Positions 8,538-18,347 of a stretch of 53,187 bases of DNA are shown here, in pieces. The stretch is from Treponema sp. (GTDB lineage Bacteria; Spirochaetota; Spirochaetia; Treponematales; Breznakiellaceae). A program made the position numbers and the translations under genes. The number at the start of each line of letters is the position of its first letter. The stretch's first letter is position 1. The notes under the pieces were generated by a model. That model was not told the DNA's origin, ran no database searches, and saw nothing but the letters and a program-made list of their open reading frames with translations. The DNA is taken from assembly GCA_031290455.1 (NCBI GenBank), contig JAITNP010000252.1, positions 1 to 53,187 on the forward strand. The letters run 5' to 3'.

Positions 8538-8807
8538 ATGAAAACAAGGTTAGAAACGGAAAACGCCGACAACACGGCATTGCTGCTGGATAATTATCTA
8601 GGCCTCATGAAAGGCTTGAGCCGGGAAAACAAAATACAGTTGGTGGCCAAGCTAACCCGTGAAATCGCCGAAGAAAAAGACGATCCGAATAAGATGGATC
8701 TGGTCGATAAGTTTTGCGGGGTATGGCAATCTGAAAAAAGCGCCGACGAAATTGTCGCTGAAATGCGTGCGGACAGGACTTTTACCCGCACCCTCGATAG
8801 TTTTTAA
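8538..8807 (+). CDS. putative type II antitoxin (family not recognised) paired with the PIN gene
   Basis: 89 aa from the ATG at 8538, with SD aaaggaag upstream. The acidic small protein has a C-terminal '...GVWQSEKSADEIVAEMRADR' tail and sits immediately upstream of a PIN-domain ORF. Confidence 0.5.
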   Translation: MKTRLETENADNTALLLDNYLGLMKGLSRENKIQLVAKLTREIAEEKDDPNKMDLVDKFCGVWQSEKSADEIVAEMRADRTFTRTLDSF

Positions 8808-8839
8808 ATCGAGAGCTTCTAAATAATGCGAAGTATTTA

Positions 8840-9225
8840 TTGGATACCAATGTTTGCGTCTTCTATTTAAGAAAAAAATACGATGTGGACAAGAAAATTA
8901 AAGAAGCCGGCGGTTTTGATAATTGTGTTATTTCAGAGATTACCGTTGCCGAACTAAAATACGGTGCAGAGGCAAGTAATAAAATAGAAGAAAATATGCG
9001 GTTTGTTGATGATTTTGTTCAAGATATAACCATTCTTCCTATTTTCAATAGCCTTACACTGTATGCCAGAGAAAAAGCGCGGCTAAGAAAGGCTGGAAAC
9101 TTGATAGATGATTTTGATCTGCTTCTACCAATGTCCGGTTGACCGGCGTCCCCTTTGGGGGATTCGAAAGAGGTCTATTAAAACAATGCAGATGGTTCAG
9201 GAGACATTCTGTTCAGGAAGCATAA
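8840..9225 (+). pseudogene. vapC: PIN-domain VapC toxin, frameshifted
   Basis: '(KYL)LDTNVCVFYL...ISEITVAELKYGA...LIDDFDLL' carries PIN acidic residues, but the frame stops at 9142. A -1 shift near 9120 restores a normal-length tail 'ASTNVRLTGVPFGGFERGLLKQCRW' ending at 9225. The only upstream ATG (8827) is one nucleotide out of frame; the first in-frame start is TTG 8840. Confidence 0.55.
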
Positions 9226-9229
9226 GGGA

Positions 9230-9676
9230 TCACCTGCCGCTGGCCATCTTTCGGGCGGGAGAACCTCCTGAAATATCATCCAGGAATTTAATTTCTTCTG
9301 CAGCCACCAGTTTACGGTATTCCCGCTGCCGGTGTTCCTTAACTTTGACCAGCACCTTCCGTTCCCGGGACGCTTCCAGGTAAACCTGACGAGCTTCTTC
9401 CAACTTTCGTTCCGCCAAGACAGCTTCTGCCGTCAGCGCATCCTTGGTATGATCGAGCCGTTGTATATACCGGTCAAAGGCCAGGATTTCCGCCATGCCG
9501 TGGCCGGTGGAAAACCGGGCATCCACCGCCCGATCCCGTTCTACCACCAGGTCCGCAATGGCATGTTCAAGCTGGGTCAGCACTCCCACCGCCCGCCCCA
9601 GTTCAATCTTCGTTTCCTGTTCCCGGTATTCCCGGAGTTCCAGTACTTTTTCAAGACTAAATGTAAACTGTTTCAT
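9230..9676 (-). CDS. fliJ: flagellar export chaperone FliJ
   Basis: 148-aa coiled-coil ORF 'MKQFTFSLEKVLELREYREQE...'. ATGA overlap with the fliI stop. It is the last gene of the flgB operon. Confidence 0.8.
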   Translation of the reverse strand: MKQFTFSLEKVLELREYREQETKIELGRAVGVLTQLEHAIADLVVERDRAVDARFSTGHGMAEILAFDRYIQRLDHTKDALTAEAVLAERKLEEARQVYLEASRERKVLVKVKEHRQREYRKLVAAEEIKFLDDISGGSPARKMASGR

Positions 9677-11019
9677 GCGGAGATGGTCATTTCCTCCAAG
9701 GGTATTTCTGTACCGGAAATGGCGGCCATTGCCTTCAGGGTTTCCTGAATCGTGGACTTTTCACCCACCCCCTGGATGAGAAATTCGTCGATGGCCCCGT
9801 GTTTCGCGATGGCCTCATCAATCGTGGGATTCGATCCCCCATGGTAGGCTCCCACATTGATAAGGTCCTCGTTCTCTCCATACACCGCCATGAGATGCCG
9901 GAGGTACCCGGCCACCTTATTGGTAACCGGCCCTGAAATAACCGGGGCTAACCGAGAGATACTGGCAAGCACATCAATGGCGGGATAATGGTAGGCTTGT
10001 GCAAGGGACCGGGAAAGGACGATATGACCGTCCAGGATGCCTCGAACCGTATCGGCCACCGGTTCATCCAGATCATCCCCATCCACCAGGATGGTATAAA
10101 AACCGGTAATGGTTCCCTTATCGGAAGAGCCGCACCGTTCGAGCAGTTTGGGCATGGTATCAAACATACTGGGAGTATACCCCCGGGTCGCGGGGGGTTC
10201 TCCCACAGCAAGGCCGACTTCGCGCTGGGCCCGGGCAAAACGGGTAACCGAATCAAAGAGGAGCATCACATCCTGCCCCTGATCCCGGAAATATTCCGCT
10301 ACCGCAGTGGCCACATAGGCTCCCCGCAGACGGGAGAGGGGCGGCGAATTAGAGGGAGTAACCACGAGGACGCTCCGGGCAAGCCCTTCACGGCCCAGAT
10401 CGTTTTCGATAAAATCGTTGACTTCCCGTCCCCGCTCACCAATGAGGGCGACCACATTCACATCAGCATTGGTATTCCGGGCTATCATCCCCAGGAGGGT
10501 GGATTTTCCCACCCCGGAACCGGCAAAAATACCCAGCCGTTGCCCCCTGCCGACCGTCAGCATCCCGTCGATGGCCCGCACCCCGGTACTGATCCGCTCG
10601 GTTATCCGTCTTCGCTTTAAAGGATCCAGCGCATTGGCCATGGCCGGATAACGAACCGAGGATTCAATATCCCCTTTACCGTCGCCGGGGCGTCCCTGGG
10701 CATCCAAAACCCGGCCTAGTAATTTCTCGGAAACCGCTATCTCAAGACAGCTCCCCGATGCAATCACCCGGTTTCCAATCTCAATCCCGGTGGTTTCCTG
10801 GTATGCCATGAGCTGGACCGTTTCATCCCGAAGCCCCACGACTTCCGCAGGGATAAGGCCCGGCCCCTTGGGGGCCTCAATGCGGCACACTTCCCCGATG
10901 ATGGCGGTAGGGCCGTGACTTTCTATGAGCAGTCCCTGGACTTTAGAAACATACCCAACGCATTTGATAGGGTCTATCCGTCCGGCAGCATGCAGATATT
11001 TTTCTATGACTGTTTCCAC
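9673..11019 (-). CDS. fliI: flagellum-specific ATPase FliI
   Basis: 448 aa with Walker A 'GSGVGKSTLLGMI' and F1-ATPase-beta-like motifs. GTG start. Confidence 0.95.
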   Translation of the reverse strand: METVIEKYLHAAGRIDPIKCVGYVSKVQGLLIESHGPTAIIGEVCRIEAPKGPGLIPAEVVGLRDETVQLMAYQETTGIEIGNRVIASGSCLEIAVSEKLLGRVLDAQGRPGDGKGDIESSVRYPAMANALDPLKRRRITERISTGVRAIDGMLTVGRGQRLGIFAGSGVGKSTLLGMIARNTNADVNVVALIGERGREVNDFIENDLGREGLARSVLVVTPSNSPPLSRLRGAYVATAVAEYFRDQGQDVMLLFDSVTRFARAQREVGLAVGEPPATRGYTPSMFDTMPKLLERCGSSDKGTITGFYTILVDGDDLDEPVADTVRGILDGHIVLSRSLAQAYHYPAIDVLASISRLAPVISGPVTNKVAGYLRHLMAVYGENEDLINVGAYHGGSNPTIDEAIAKHGAIDEFLIQGVGEKSTIQETLKAMAAISGTEIPLEEMTISA

Positions 11020-11981
11020 TAGCTTTGGGATCCTTCGCTTCCGGACACAGGCTTGGGTTTAGATTTTATCGGTGTCATTTCCAGAATTTTAGATTCCAAT
11101 TCTGCCAATTGGCTGGAGATCCGGGCGTCAATCTCACCAAAATCGGTCTCAATGATACAGCCTCCGGGATCCACCGAAGCATCTTCCTGTACCTGTATGG
11201 ACTTAACCCCTTCCATCATCTGAATAAAATCTTTGATGTGCTCGGTAGCAAGTTTTACATCCATCAGGTTTACCCGGATAATGACCGTCCCCCGGCCCTT
11301 CACCTTTTTCAGGGCCTGAACCACATTGGACAGGATCACGCTACGCTGATTCTCGGAAATGACCTTGATCACCTTACGGGAAATAAGGAGTACCAAATCG
11401 ATGATCTGCTGCTCCGTTTCCGCCAGGATTTCCGCCCGTTTTTCCTGGGCCCGTTCAAGCATGACCTGGGTCCTCTGAATGAGCCGTTCTACCTCGGCTT
11501 TGCCATCGTTGAAGCCCGCTTCCCGGCCTGCCAAACGGCCCTGCTCTTCGGCGCCCCTCCGTTCATTGGCAATGGCGGCCTGGGAAGCGGCCTCAAACTC
11601 CGCCGCCTTTTGCCGGGCCGCCTCCAGGATCCCTTCAGCCTCATCTTCGGCTGCCCGCTTCAAGGACTGGGCCTCCCCGGTCTTCCGCTTGACCTCCTGA
11701 AACGCGGCTGCTTCAGCATCCTTAATGATACTGTCCGCCTCCGCCTTGGCGGAACGAATCATGGTTTCCCGTTCAACATCCCATTGGCTTTTAAAAAGTT
11801 CCGCTTCCCGCCGAAGATCCTCCGCAGTAGGCCCCTGATACTCCTCTACTGCCGCTGTTTCTGCCACTTCCTCCTCAGCCTGGACCGGATGATCCAGCGC
11901 CACAAAAGATTGGGGAGATTCGAGGACTACTTTACTATCATTGAGGGCGACCTCACCGTACCTAAAAACCGCTTTTGTCAT
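11019..11981 (-). CDS. fliH: flagellar assembly protein FliH
   Basis: 320 aa with an E/A-rich central coiled coil and a C-terminal 'IIETDFGEIDARISSQL'. Lies between fliG and fliI. Confidence 0.85.
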   Translation of the reverse strand: MTKAVFRYGEVALNDSKVVLESPQSFVALDHPVQAEEEVAETAAVEEYQGPTAEDLRREAELFKSQWDVERETMIRSAKAEADSIIKDAEAAAFQEVKRKTGEAQSLKRAAEDEAEGILEAARQKAAEFEAASQAAIANERRGAEEQGRLAGREAGFNDGKAEVERLIQRTQVMLERAQEKRAEILAETEQQIIDLVLLISRKVIKVISENQRSVILSNVVQALKKVKGRGTVIIRVNLMDVKLATEHIKDFIQMMEGVKSIQVQEDASVDPGGCIIETDFGEIDARISSQLAELESKILEMTPIKSKPKPVSGSEGSQS

Positions 11982-11984
11982 GGG

Positions 11985-13031
11985 TTATACCACCAATTCA
12001 TCCTCTCCGGACCGGGCAATGACAATCTCACCGGCGTCTTCAAGACGCCGGATAATCGCAACAATCTTCTGCTGGGACTCTTCCACATCCTTTAACCGGA
12101 CCGGGCCCATGTATTCCATATCTTCCTTCAACATCTGTCCCGCCCGTTTACTCATATTGCGGAATATCTTATCCTGCACTTCGGTATCCACCGATTTGAG
12201 GGCCTTGGCCAGCTCGCCGGAATCCACTTCCCGCAGCACCTTCTGAATGGACTTGTCATCGATCATGACAATATCCTCAAACACGAACATCCGTTTCTTG
12301 ATCTCCTCTGCCAGTTCCGGATCATTTTCTTCCAAGGTTTCAATAATCTGCTTTTCCGATGCCCGATCAACCATGTTCAGTATTTCGACGATACTTTCCA
12401 CCCCGCCGGCAGCGGTATAATCCTCACTGGACAGGGTGGAAAGTTTCTTTTCCAGGACCCGCTCCACTTCCCGCAGCACTTCCGGACTGGTACGGTCCAT
12501 GGTGGCAATACGCCGGGCCACATCGCTCTGGATCTCCTCAGGGAGGTTCTGGAGGATCACCGACGCCTTATTCGGTTCTAAGTATGCCAGGATAAGGGCC
12601 ATGGTCTGGGGGTGTTCCTGCTGAATGAAGTTAAGGAGGTGGGCCGGATCAGTACGGCGTATAAAATCAAAGGGCCTGACCTGCAAGCTGGAGGTTAGAC
12701 GGTTGATAATATCAATGGCCTTCTGGCTTCCCACGGATTTCTCCAGCACCTCCCGGGCATAATCAATACCACCGGTGGTGATAAATTGATTTGCCATCAT
12801 CAGTTCCTGGAACTCCTGTAGAATGCCGTCTTTCTCTCCCGGATCTACGGTTTCAAGCCGGGCAATCTCAAAGGTAATGGTTTCAATTTCGTCTTCCCGC
12901 AAATATTTAAATATCTCCGCAGACACCTCGGAACCCATGGTCACCAAAAAAACCGCAGCCTTCTGCCGTCCGTTAAAATCCTTGTCATCTTTTTTCTTGG
13001 GTGCTCCGGTGGAGCCGGCTAATTTTGCCAT
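11985..13031 (-). CDS. fliG: flagellar motor switch protein FliG
   Basis: 348 aa containing '...KAAVFLVTMGSEVSAEIFKYL...MSKRAGQMLKEDMEYMGPVRLKDVEESQQKIV'. Confidence 0.95.
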   Translation of the reverse strand: MAKLAGSTGAPKKKDDKDFNGRQKAAVFLVTMGSEVSAEIFKYLREDEIETITFEIARLETVDPGEKDGILQEFQELMMANQFITTGGIDYAREVLEKSVGSQKAIDIINRLTSSLQVRPFDFIRRTDPAHLLNFIQQEHPQTMALILAYLEPNKASVILQNLPEEIQSDVARRIATMDRTSPEVLREVERVLEKKLSTLSSEDYTAAGGVESIVEILNMVDRASEKQIIETLEENDPELAEEIKKRMFVFEDIVMIDDKSIQKVLREVDSGELAKALKSVDTEVQDKIFRNMSKRAGQMLKEDMEYMGPVRLKDVEESQQKIVAIIRRLEDAGEIVIARSGEDELVV

Positions 13032-13034
13032 CTC

Positions 13035-14738
13035 CTATTCCTCCAAAAGCCAGGTTCTGATGAGTTGGGCCACATCCTCAGGATGCTCCTTCGTCAATTT
13101 AACAATACCCTCGCGCAGGTCCATACGGGCACGCTCTTCCACGGATATGGACACTTCCTGGTCTTCTTCCGCCTGCATCAGCGCACTTTCCCGGAGGGCC
13201 TGTTCCCGCCGGGAACGCTCATCCTCCGCCACCCGGCGCCGCCGATCTATCTCCCGGGAAATTGCCCGGAACAGGATAAAGGCAAGGAGCAACAGGACGA
13301 GCCCCACGACCCCTAGAATGAGGGTGGTTTGCATCTGTTGCGCTTTGAAGTATTGGGCGTCAGCCTCTATGAATTCCCTCGTCCGGTCAAAGCGGATATT
13401 CTGTACCGTTACCGAATCACCCCGGGCAGCATTATACCCGATGGCATTTTGAATCCACACCTGGGTTGCCCTGAGTTCTTCCGGAGGTATGGGGGTATAT
13501 TCCCGTTCAATCGAACCATCGGGAAGCACTAGGGGCTTCCGCTTATCATCATACTTCGCCTTCCAAATGCCATCAATATTGACTGAAACCGTAACCCGAT
13601 CGATGGTAGGACTCCGCTCTTCCTGTATCGAACGTTTATTGATTTCTTCATTATCCGTCAGGGTTTCCTGGCTCACCTTACCAACCAGGGTAGACATATC
13701 CCGGAAGGCCGGCGCGGTTTGCCCCTCCCCGCCTGCAGGACCTTCGGGATTAAACCCGGTTCCCTCCCAGGTAGTCTTAGACGTGGTTTTAGACCGGGTG
13801 ATGGACTGAGCGCGCTCTGAATCATCATAGGAGAGGCCCGGGGTTTGCTCCTTGATGGTAACGGGGAAATACTCTTCAGTACTGATGGCCTTTTTGGACA
13901 TATCCATATCAAGCTTGATATTGAGGTCTCGAACTCGATCGGGGGTAAAGGTTCCCTGGAGGGCATTGAGGATACGCGCCCGGTATTGGGTTTCCAGGGT
14001 CTGAATCATCTTGTTTCCCTTATCAATCAGGGCAAGCCGGTCAAATTCACCCATGGCGGCAAAATCATTGAGCACCAGGCCGTTATGATCGGTGATGACA
14101 ATGTTTTCGTCGGTAAGTCCTTCCACGGCGAATTTCAGGATCTTCTGGATCCCCTCAATCTTCTTACGGTTCTGGGCGATGTCGCTATTTGGCCGGGGCG
14201 TGATAATGATACTTGCGGTAACCGGGTTTTGCTCCGAGCGGAACAGGGGCCGGTCAGGAAACACGATCATCACATCGGCATTATCCACCTCATCCAGGGA
14301 CTTCACATGATCGGTAACCATCTGGGTAATTGCCCGCTGGAGGTTCACGTTTCGCTCTAAATCGGTAATGGTCCACCGTTCCCGGTCAAAGACGGCCCAG
14401 GGGTCCGTCCCCGAGGGAATGAGGTCCTCCCGAATAAGAATGGCCCGCATCCTGCGGGCAGCGGTTTCATCAGGAACCATGATGACCCCCGCCGGGGACA
14501 CAGAAGTGCGAATCCCTTCCACCCCAATCCGGGTAACGATCCGGTCCCGGACATCCTCATCCCGGACAGGGGCATCAATGAGCGGAACCATCGTAGGGGC
14601 GGAAGAAATCGAAAACAGGGCGATAACCCCGACAATCACCGCCACCCCAATCCCCATGAGTATGAGCTTCTGTACTAAAGACCATTTTTCCCAGAGTGTT
14701 CGTATTTGACTTACAACTTTCTTAAACCACTCACCCAT
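13035..14738 (-). CDS. fliF: flagellar MS-ring protein FliF
   Basis: 567 aa with an N-terminal TM, a YscJ/FliF-type periplasmic region, and a C-terminal TM plus acidic tail. Confidence 0.9.
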   Translation of the reverse strand: MGEWFKKVVSQIRTLWEKWSLVQKLILMGIGVAVIVGVIALFSISSAPTMVPLIDAPVRDEDVRDRIVTRIGVEGIRTSVSPAGVIMVPDETAARRMRAILIREDLIPSGTDPWAVFDRERWTITDLERNVNLQRAITQMVTDHVKSLDEVDNADVMIVFPDRPLFRSEQNPVTASIIITPRPNSDIAQNRKKIEGIQKILKFAVEGLTDENIVITDHNGLVLNDFAAMGEFDRLALIDKGNKMIQTLETQYRARILNALQGTFTPDRVRDLNIKLDMDMSKKAISTEEYFPVTIKEQTPGLSYDDSERAQSITRSKTTSKTTWEGTGFNPEGPAGGEGQTAPAFRDMSTLVGKVSQETLTDNEEINKRSIQEERSPTIDRVTVSVNIDGIWKAKYDDKRKPLVLPDGSIEREYTPIPPEELRATQVWIQNAIGYNAARGDSVTVQNIRFDRTREFIEADAQYFKAQQMQTTLILGVVGLVLLLLAFILFRAISREIDRRRRVAEDERSRREQALRESALMQAEEDQEVSISVEERARMDLREGIVKLTKEHPEDVAQLIRTWLLEE

Positions 14739-14807
14739 ATTCCCCTCCCCAGAAGAACGTTTTTATATACGGAACGTCATTCCGCGGAAATGCTATTCCG
14801 AATGATC

Positions 14808-15185
14808 TTATCGCGTATTAATAAGATCCTTCCACCCCTGTACCAACCGATTGAGTACTGTTCTCGTGACATTCAACGACATTGACGCCCGCGCCTGGGC
14901 AATGGTGATATCATGGACATCCACCGAACCAGGCTCGGTTATGGCGGCCTGTATCAGCGTCCCCGGAGCATGCTGCTGGGCACTTACCTGGTCCAAGGCC
15001 CGGAGCATTACATCCCCAAAGGTCCCGGACGGGAGGGCTGCTTCAGCACCTATCTTGTTTCCCAATTCGGATATCCCCTGTCCGGCAGCGCCATCAATTC
15101 CGGCAACCGTCGTTCTATGTTTCGGATGCGTTACTGTTAAGGGGAGCGGAGTAACCGCCTGGAGTTCAGGCCGGAAAATAGTCAT
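14808..15185 (-). CDS. fliE: flagellar hook-basal body protein FliE
   Basis: 125 aa with the conserved C-terminal '...DITIAQARASMSLNVTRTVLNRLVQGWKDLI'. Position matches the operon order. Confidence 0.85.
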   Translation of the reverse strand: MTIFRPELQAVTPLPLTVTHPKHRTTVAGIDGAAGQGISELGNKIGAEAALPSGTFGDVMLRALDQVSAQQHAPGTLIQAAITEPGSVDVHDITIAQARASMSLNVTRTVLNRLVQGWKDLINTR

Positions 15186-15188
15186 TGA

Positions 15189-15650
15189 TTACCTCCCGCC
15201 TATGTCCAAAGCCCGCTGGAACATGTCCTTGGAACCATCAATGATAGACGCATTGGCTTCATAAGCGCGGGAAGCGGCGATCATATCCACCATTTCGGTC
15301 ACAATATCCACATTCGGATATTCCACATACCCCGCATGAGGACCCGCCAGCAAGGCATCGGGATGGGTAGGATCATACACCATCCGGTTCTTGGCGGCAA
15401 AATCCTTTTGTATCTCCGCCACCCGGACCCCCTTGCCCGGGCCATTGTCCATACCATCAGGCAGAAAGGGGGAACGCCAATAAGGACCTTCGGCCCGGGG
15501 CCGCATAATGACCCGGCTCCGGCGGTATGGCCCGCCTTCGCTAGTACGGGTGGTGGAGGCATTGGCAATATTATCAGCAATCACATCAGTACGGAGCCTT
15601 TCGGCGCTCATCCCGGTGGCTGCTACATTTATCGCATTGAAAATCCCCAT
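15189..15650 (-). CDS. flgC: flagellar basal-body rod protein FlgC
   Basis: 153 aa containing 'MSAERLRTDVIADNIANASTTRT'. Confidence 0.95.
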   Translation of the reverse strand: MGIFNAINVAATGMSAERLRTDVIADNIANASTTRTSEGGPYRRSRVIMRPRAEGPYWRSPFLPDGMDNGPGKGVRVAEIQKDFAAKNRMVYDPTHPDALLAGPHAGYVEYPNVDIVTEMVDMIAASRAYEANASIIDGSKDMFQRALDIGGR

Positions 15651-15662
15651 ATACTATCTATC

Positions 15663-16082
15663 CTACCTTAATACCAGATTGATTTGACTGAACTCGAAGG
15701 TTTCCGCCTGAGCCAGAAGTCTATACATAAGCTGGTTTTCCAAAGCCCGCATAAACTCCTGATCCGCATCCACATTATTTCCATTGTTTTGAGAAGCACT
15801 CCCATAATCCAGCACCCGCCGGGGCTGGATATCCCGGTAATCCTGGGCCTGCCAATTGGGGATATGCCGGGGATCTGTCCGGGTGAGTTCTACCGGGGGC
15901 CGTTGCTTTTCCGTATCCAGTGCCCGTTTCAGTTGGCTCTCAAAACTCACCTCTGAACGTTTGAAATTCGGTGTCCCTGCATTGCTGATATTATCGGCAA
16001 TCACCTCACGACGGAGGGCGCTGGCATCCAAAGCGCGGTGTACTAAATCTATGGTTCGAGAAAAGTTAGTTTCAATACCCAT
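15663..16082 (-). CDS. flgB: flagellar basal-body rod protein FlgB
   Basis: 139 aa containing 'ALRREVIADNISNAGTPNFKR'. Confidence 0.95.
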   Translation of the reverse strand: MGIETNFSRTIDLVHRALDASALRREVIADNISNAGTPNFKRSEVSFESQLKRALDTEKQRPPVELTRTDPRHIPNWQAQDYRDIQPRRVLDYGSASQNNGNNVDADQEFMRALENQLMYRLLAQAETFEFSQINLVLR

Positions 16083-16134
16083 TCATAGTCTCCCCATATA
16101 TTCATCGGCAAGTTCTATAAATATGTTAGAAATT

Positions 16135-17799
16135 TTACAAGATATAGCGCCCTAAATCCTGATCCATGACCAAGTCGGTGAGCTTTTCGTTGACATAAGC
16201 TTCGGTTATGGGAATCCTGGTGGGGGCAATATCCGGGGCCTCAAAGGAAAGCTCTTCAAGGAGCGCTTCCATGATGGTATGGAGCCGACGGGCGCCGATG
16301 TTTTCCAGCCGGGAATTGACATCCGCTGCCAGGACCGCAAGCCGCTCTATCGCGTCAGGGGTAAATTCAATTTCCACCTTCTCGGTAGCCAACAGCTCAA
16401 TGTACTGCTTGGTTAAGGCGTTCTTGGGTTCGGTCAAAATGCGCAGGAAGTCTTCTTTTCCCAGGGAATCAAGTTCCACCCGCAGGGGGAAACGGCCCTG
16501 GAGTTCGGGAATCAGATCCGACGGCTTACTGACATTAAAAGCCCCAGCTGCCACAAAGAGGATATGATCCGTGTTGACCGGTCCCCATTTGGTGTTTACC
16601 GTGGCCCCTTCCACTATGGGCAGGATGTCCCGCTGCACCCCTTCCCGGGACACATCAGGACCGCCGCCCCCCCGTTCGCCCCGGACGGCGATCTTGTCAA
16701 TCTCATCAATAAAGACGATCCCCGTTTCTTCAACCCGCTGCCGGGCCTCGTCGCTGACCCGGTCCCGGTCCACGAGCTTTTCCAATTCTTCCCCGATGAG
16801 GATCTCCCGGGCCCGGCTCACGGTTACCAGCTTCTTCTTCTTGCCGCCCCCGAAGAACCCCGCAATCCCCGAAAGGCTGGACTCAAGGTCCTCGAACCCT
16901 CCCCCCATCATTTCAAAGGTGGGGAACTGGGGATTCTGGCTGACCGTAATTTCCACCATCCGGTCTTCGAGCTTGCCTTCCCGGAGCATGGTTCTGAATT
17001 TTTCCCTGGTAGAGGAGTCCTTCCCCGCGGCTTCATCAGGGCTTCCCTCGGTCTGAGCCTCCCCTGCTCCATCCCCCTCGCTGACTTCACTGGTCTCAGG
17101 GACGTCATCAGTGGTATTCTTACGAAACATGGGGATCCCCACCTGAATGGCGGTACCCACCAGGGAAGGTCCTGGTCCCCCGGTATTATCGGGATTTATG
17201 GAAAAAGTCCCCATGGGCCGCACCACCGGTCCCGCTTGGGGCTTGGCATCCTTACGCTTTTTCCCGGTTCCCGGCAGGAGCAAGTCGAGCAGCGCCTCCT
17301 CGGCCCGCTTTTCCGCTTCGGTGGTAACGCTCTCCTGCATTTCCTGTTTCACCATCTGAATTCCCGCGGCCATGAGGTCCCGGATCATGGATTCCACATC
17401 CCTGCCCACATACCCCACTTCGGTGTACTTAGTAGCCTCCACCTTGATAAAGGGGGAGCCTGCGAGTTTTGCGAGCCGCCGGGCAATCTCGGTTTTCCCC
17501 ACCCCGGTAGGACCTATCATGAGGATGTTCTTGGGGGCGATGTCTTCCCGCATATCGCTTTCCAGCTTGAGCCGGCGGATCCGGTTCCGCAGGGCCACCG
17601 CTACCGCCCGTTTGGCCTTCTTCTGCCCAACGATGTACTTATCCAGTTCGGCAACTATCTCCCGGGGGGTAAGCTCATTTTTAAGGAGGGGCAAACTGAA
17701 GGGTTCCCTCCCGCTTGATCCAGACGAAACAGGGGCCTGCCGCCTCCCGGTTGTTTTCCTCCCGGTTTCGGTTTTATCGAGTTCCTTTTTTTCACTCAT
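16135..17799 (-). CDS. hslU: ATP-dependent protease ATPase subunit HslU (unusually long)
   Basis: 554 aa with '[18 protein letters not shown]' and Walker A '[17 protein letters not shown]'. It carries a long low-complexity I-domain insertion and an N-terminal extension. Confidence 0.95.
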   Translation of the reverse strand: MSEKKELDKTETGRKTTGRRQAPVSSGSSGREPFSLPLLKNELTPREIVAELDKYIVGQKKAKRAVAVALRNRIRRLKLESDMREDIAPKNILMIGPTGVGKTEIARRLAKLAGSPFIKVEATKYTEVGYVGRDVESMIRDLMAAGIQMVKQEMQESVTTEAEKRAEEALLDLLLPGTGKKRKDAKPQAGPVVRPMGTFSINPDNTGGPGPSLVGTAIQVGIPMFRKNTTDDVPETSEVSEGDGAGEAQTEGSPDEAAGKDSSTREKFRTMLREGKLEDRMVEITVSQNPQFPTFEMMGGGFEDLESSLSGIAGFFGGGKKKKLVTVSRAREILIGEELEKLVDRDRVSDEARQRVEETGIVFIDEIDKIAVRGERGGGGPDVSREGVQRDILPIVEGATVNTKWGPVNTDHILFVAAGAFNVSKPSDLIPELQGRFPLRVELDSLGKEDFLRILTEPKNALTKQYIELLATEKVEIEFTPDAIERLAVLAADVNSRLENIGARRLHTIMEALLEELSFEAPDIAPTRIPITEAYVNEKLTDLVMDQDLGRYIL

Positions 17800-18347
17800 T
17801 ATACCAGTTCCTCCAAGGTGATTTGCCCATTCGTATAAATACAGATATTTCCCGCGATCCGCAAGCTCTTCTCGGCAATTTCGGCAGCGGAAAAAGAACT
17901 TCCCTCCAGGTATGCCAAGGCCGCCGCATACGCGTAATTACCCCCGGATCCTATGGCCAAGGCATCCGCCGCCGGTTCTATCACATCTCCGGTACCGGAA
18001 ATGAGCAGGGTCTTGCTGAGATCCGCCACCAGGAGCAAGGCTTCAAGCCGCCGCAAGGACCGGTCGGTACGCCAGTCCTTGGCGAGTTCCACTGCCGCCC
18101 GGGCGAGATCCCCGGAATACTCCTTAAGCTTGGCCTCGAACCGGTCAAACAGGGTAAACGCATCGGCGGTGGCCCCGGCAAAACCGCAGAGTACCTTCCC
18201 ATCCCGCAGGCGCCGTACCTTACGGGCATTGTTCTTCATCACCGTCTCACCCATGGTCACCTGTCCATCTCCGGCCATGGCAACCTTCCCATCTCTCCGT
18301 ACCGCGAGAACCGTGGTACTCCGTATTATCGGATTTCTTGCTTTCAT
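17799..18347 (-). CDS. hslV: ATP-dependent protease subunit HslV
   Basis: Start placed at the internal ATG 18347, giving '[31 protein letters not shown]' (182 aa). This ATG overlaps the xerC stop (ATGA). The longer listed ORF would run through xerC. Confidence 0.9.
   Translation of the reverse strand: MKARNPIIRSTTVLAVRRDGKVAMAGDGQVTMGETVMKNNARKVRRLRDGKVLCGFAGATADAFTLFDRFEAKLKEYSGDLARAAVELAKDWRTDRSLRRLEALLLVADLSKTLLISGTGDVIEPAADALAIGSGGNYAYAAALAYLEGSSFSAAEIAEKSLRIAGNICIYTNGQITLEELV

Noticed and set aside
9143-9229. TCCCC-caaa-GGGGA hairpin (about 9148-9162), considered as the fliJ or vapC terminator.
   Set aside because: The stem is only 5 bp, with no adjacent T-tract on either strand. The region is better explained as the frameshifted 3' end of vapC.
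11025-12095. 356-aa plus-strand ORF antisense to fliH/fliG. Similar long antisense ORFs occur at 16564-17718, 23581-24324, 24761-25582, 17715-18431 and 44891-45637.
   Set aside because: Each is fully embedded opposite a gene with unmistakable family motifs. They have Pro/Gly/Arg-rich, low-information sequences and no SD. This is typical stop-codon depletion on the antisense strand of GC-rich coding DNA.
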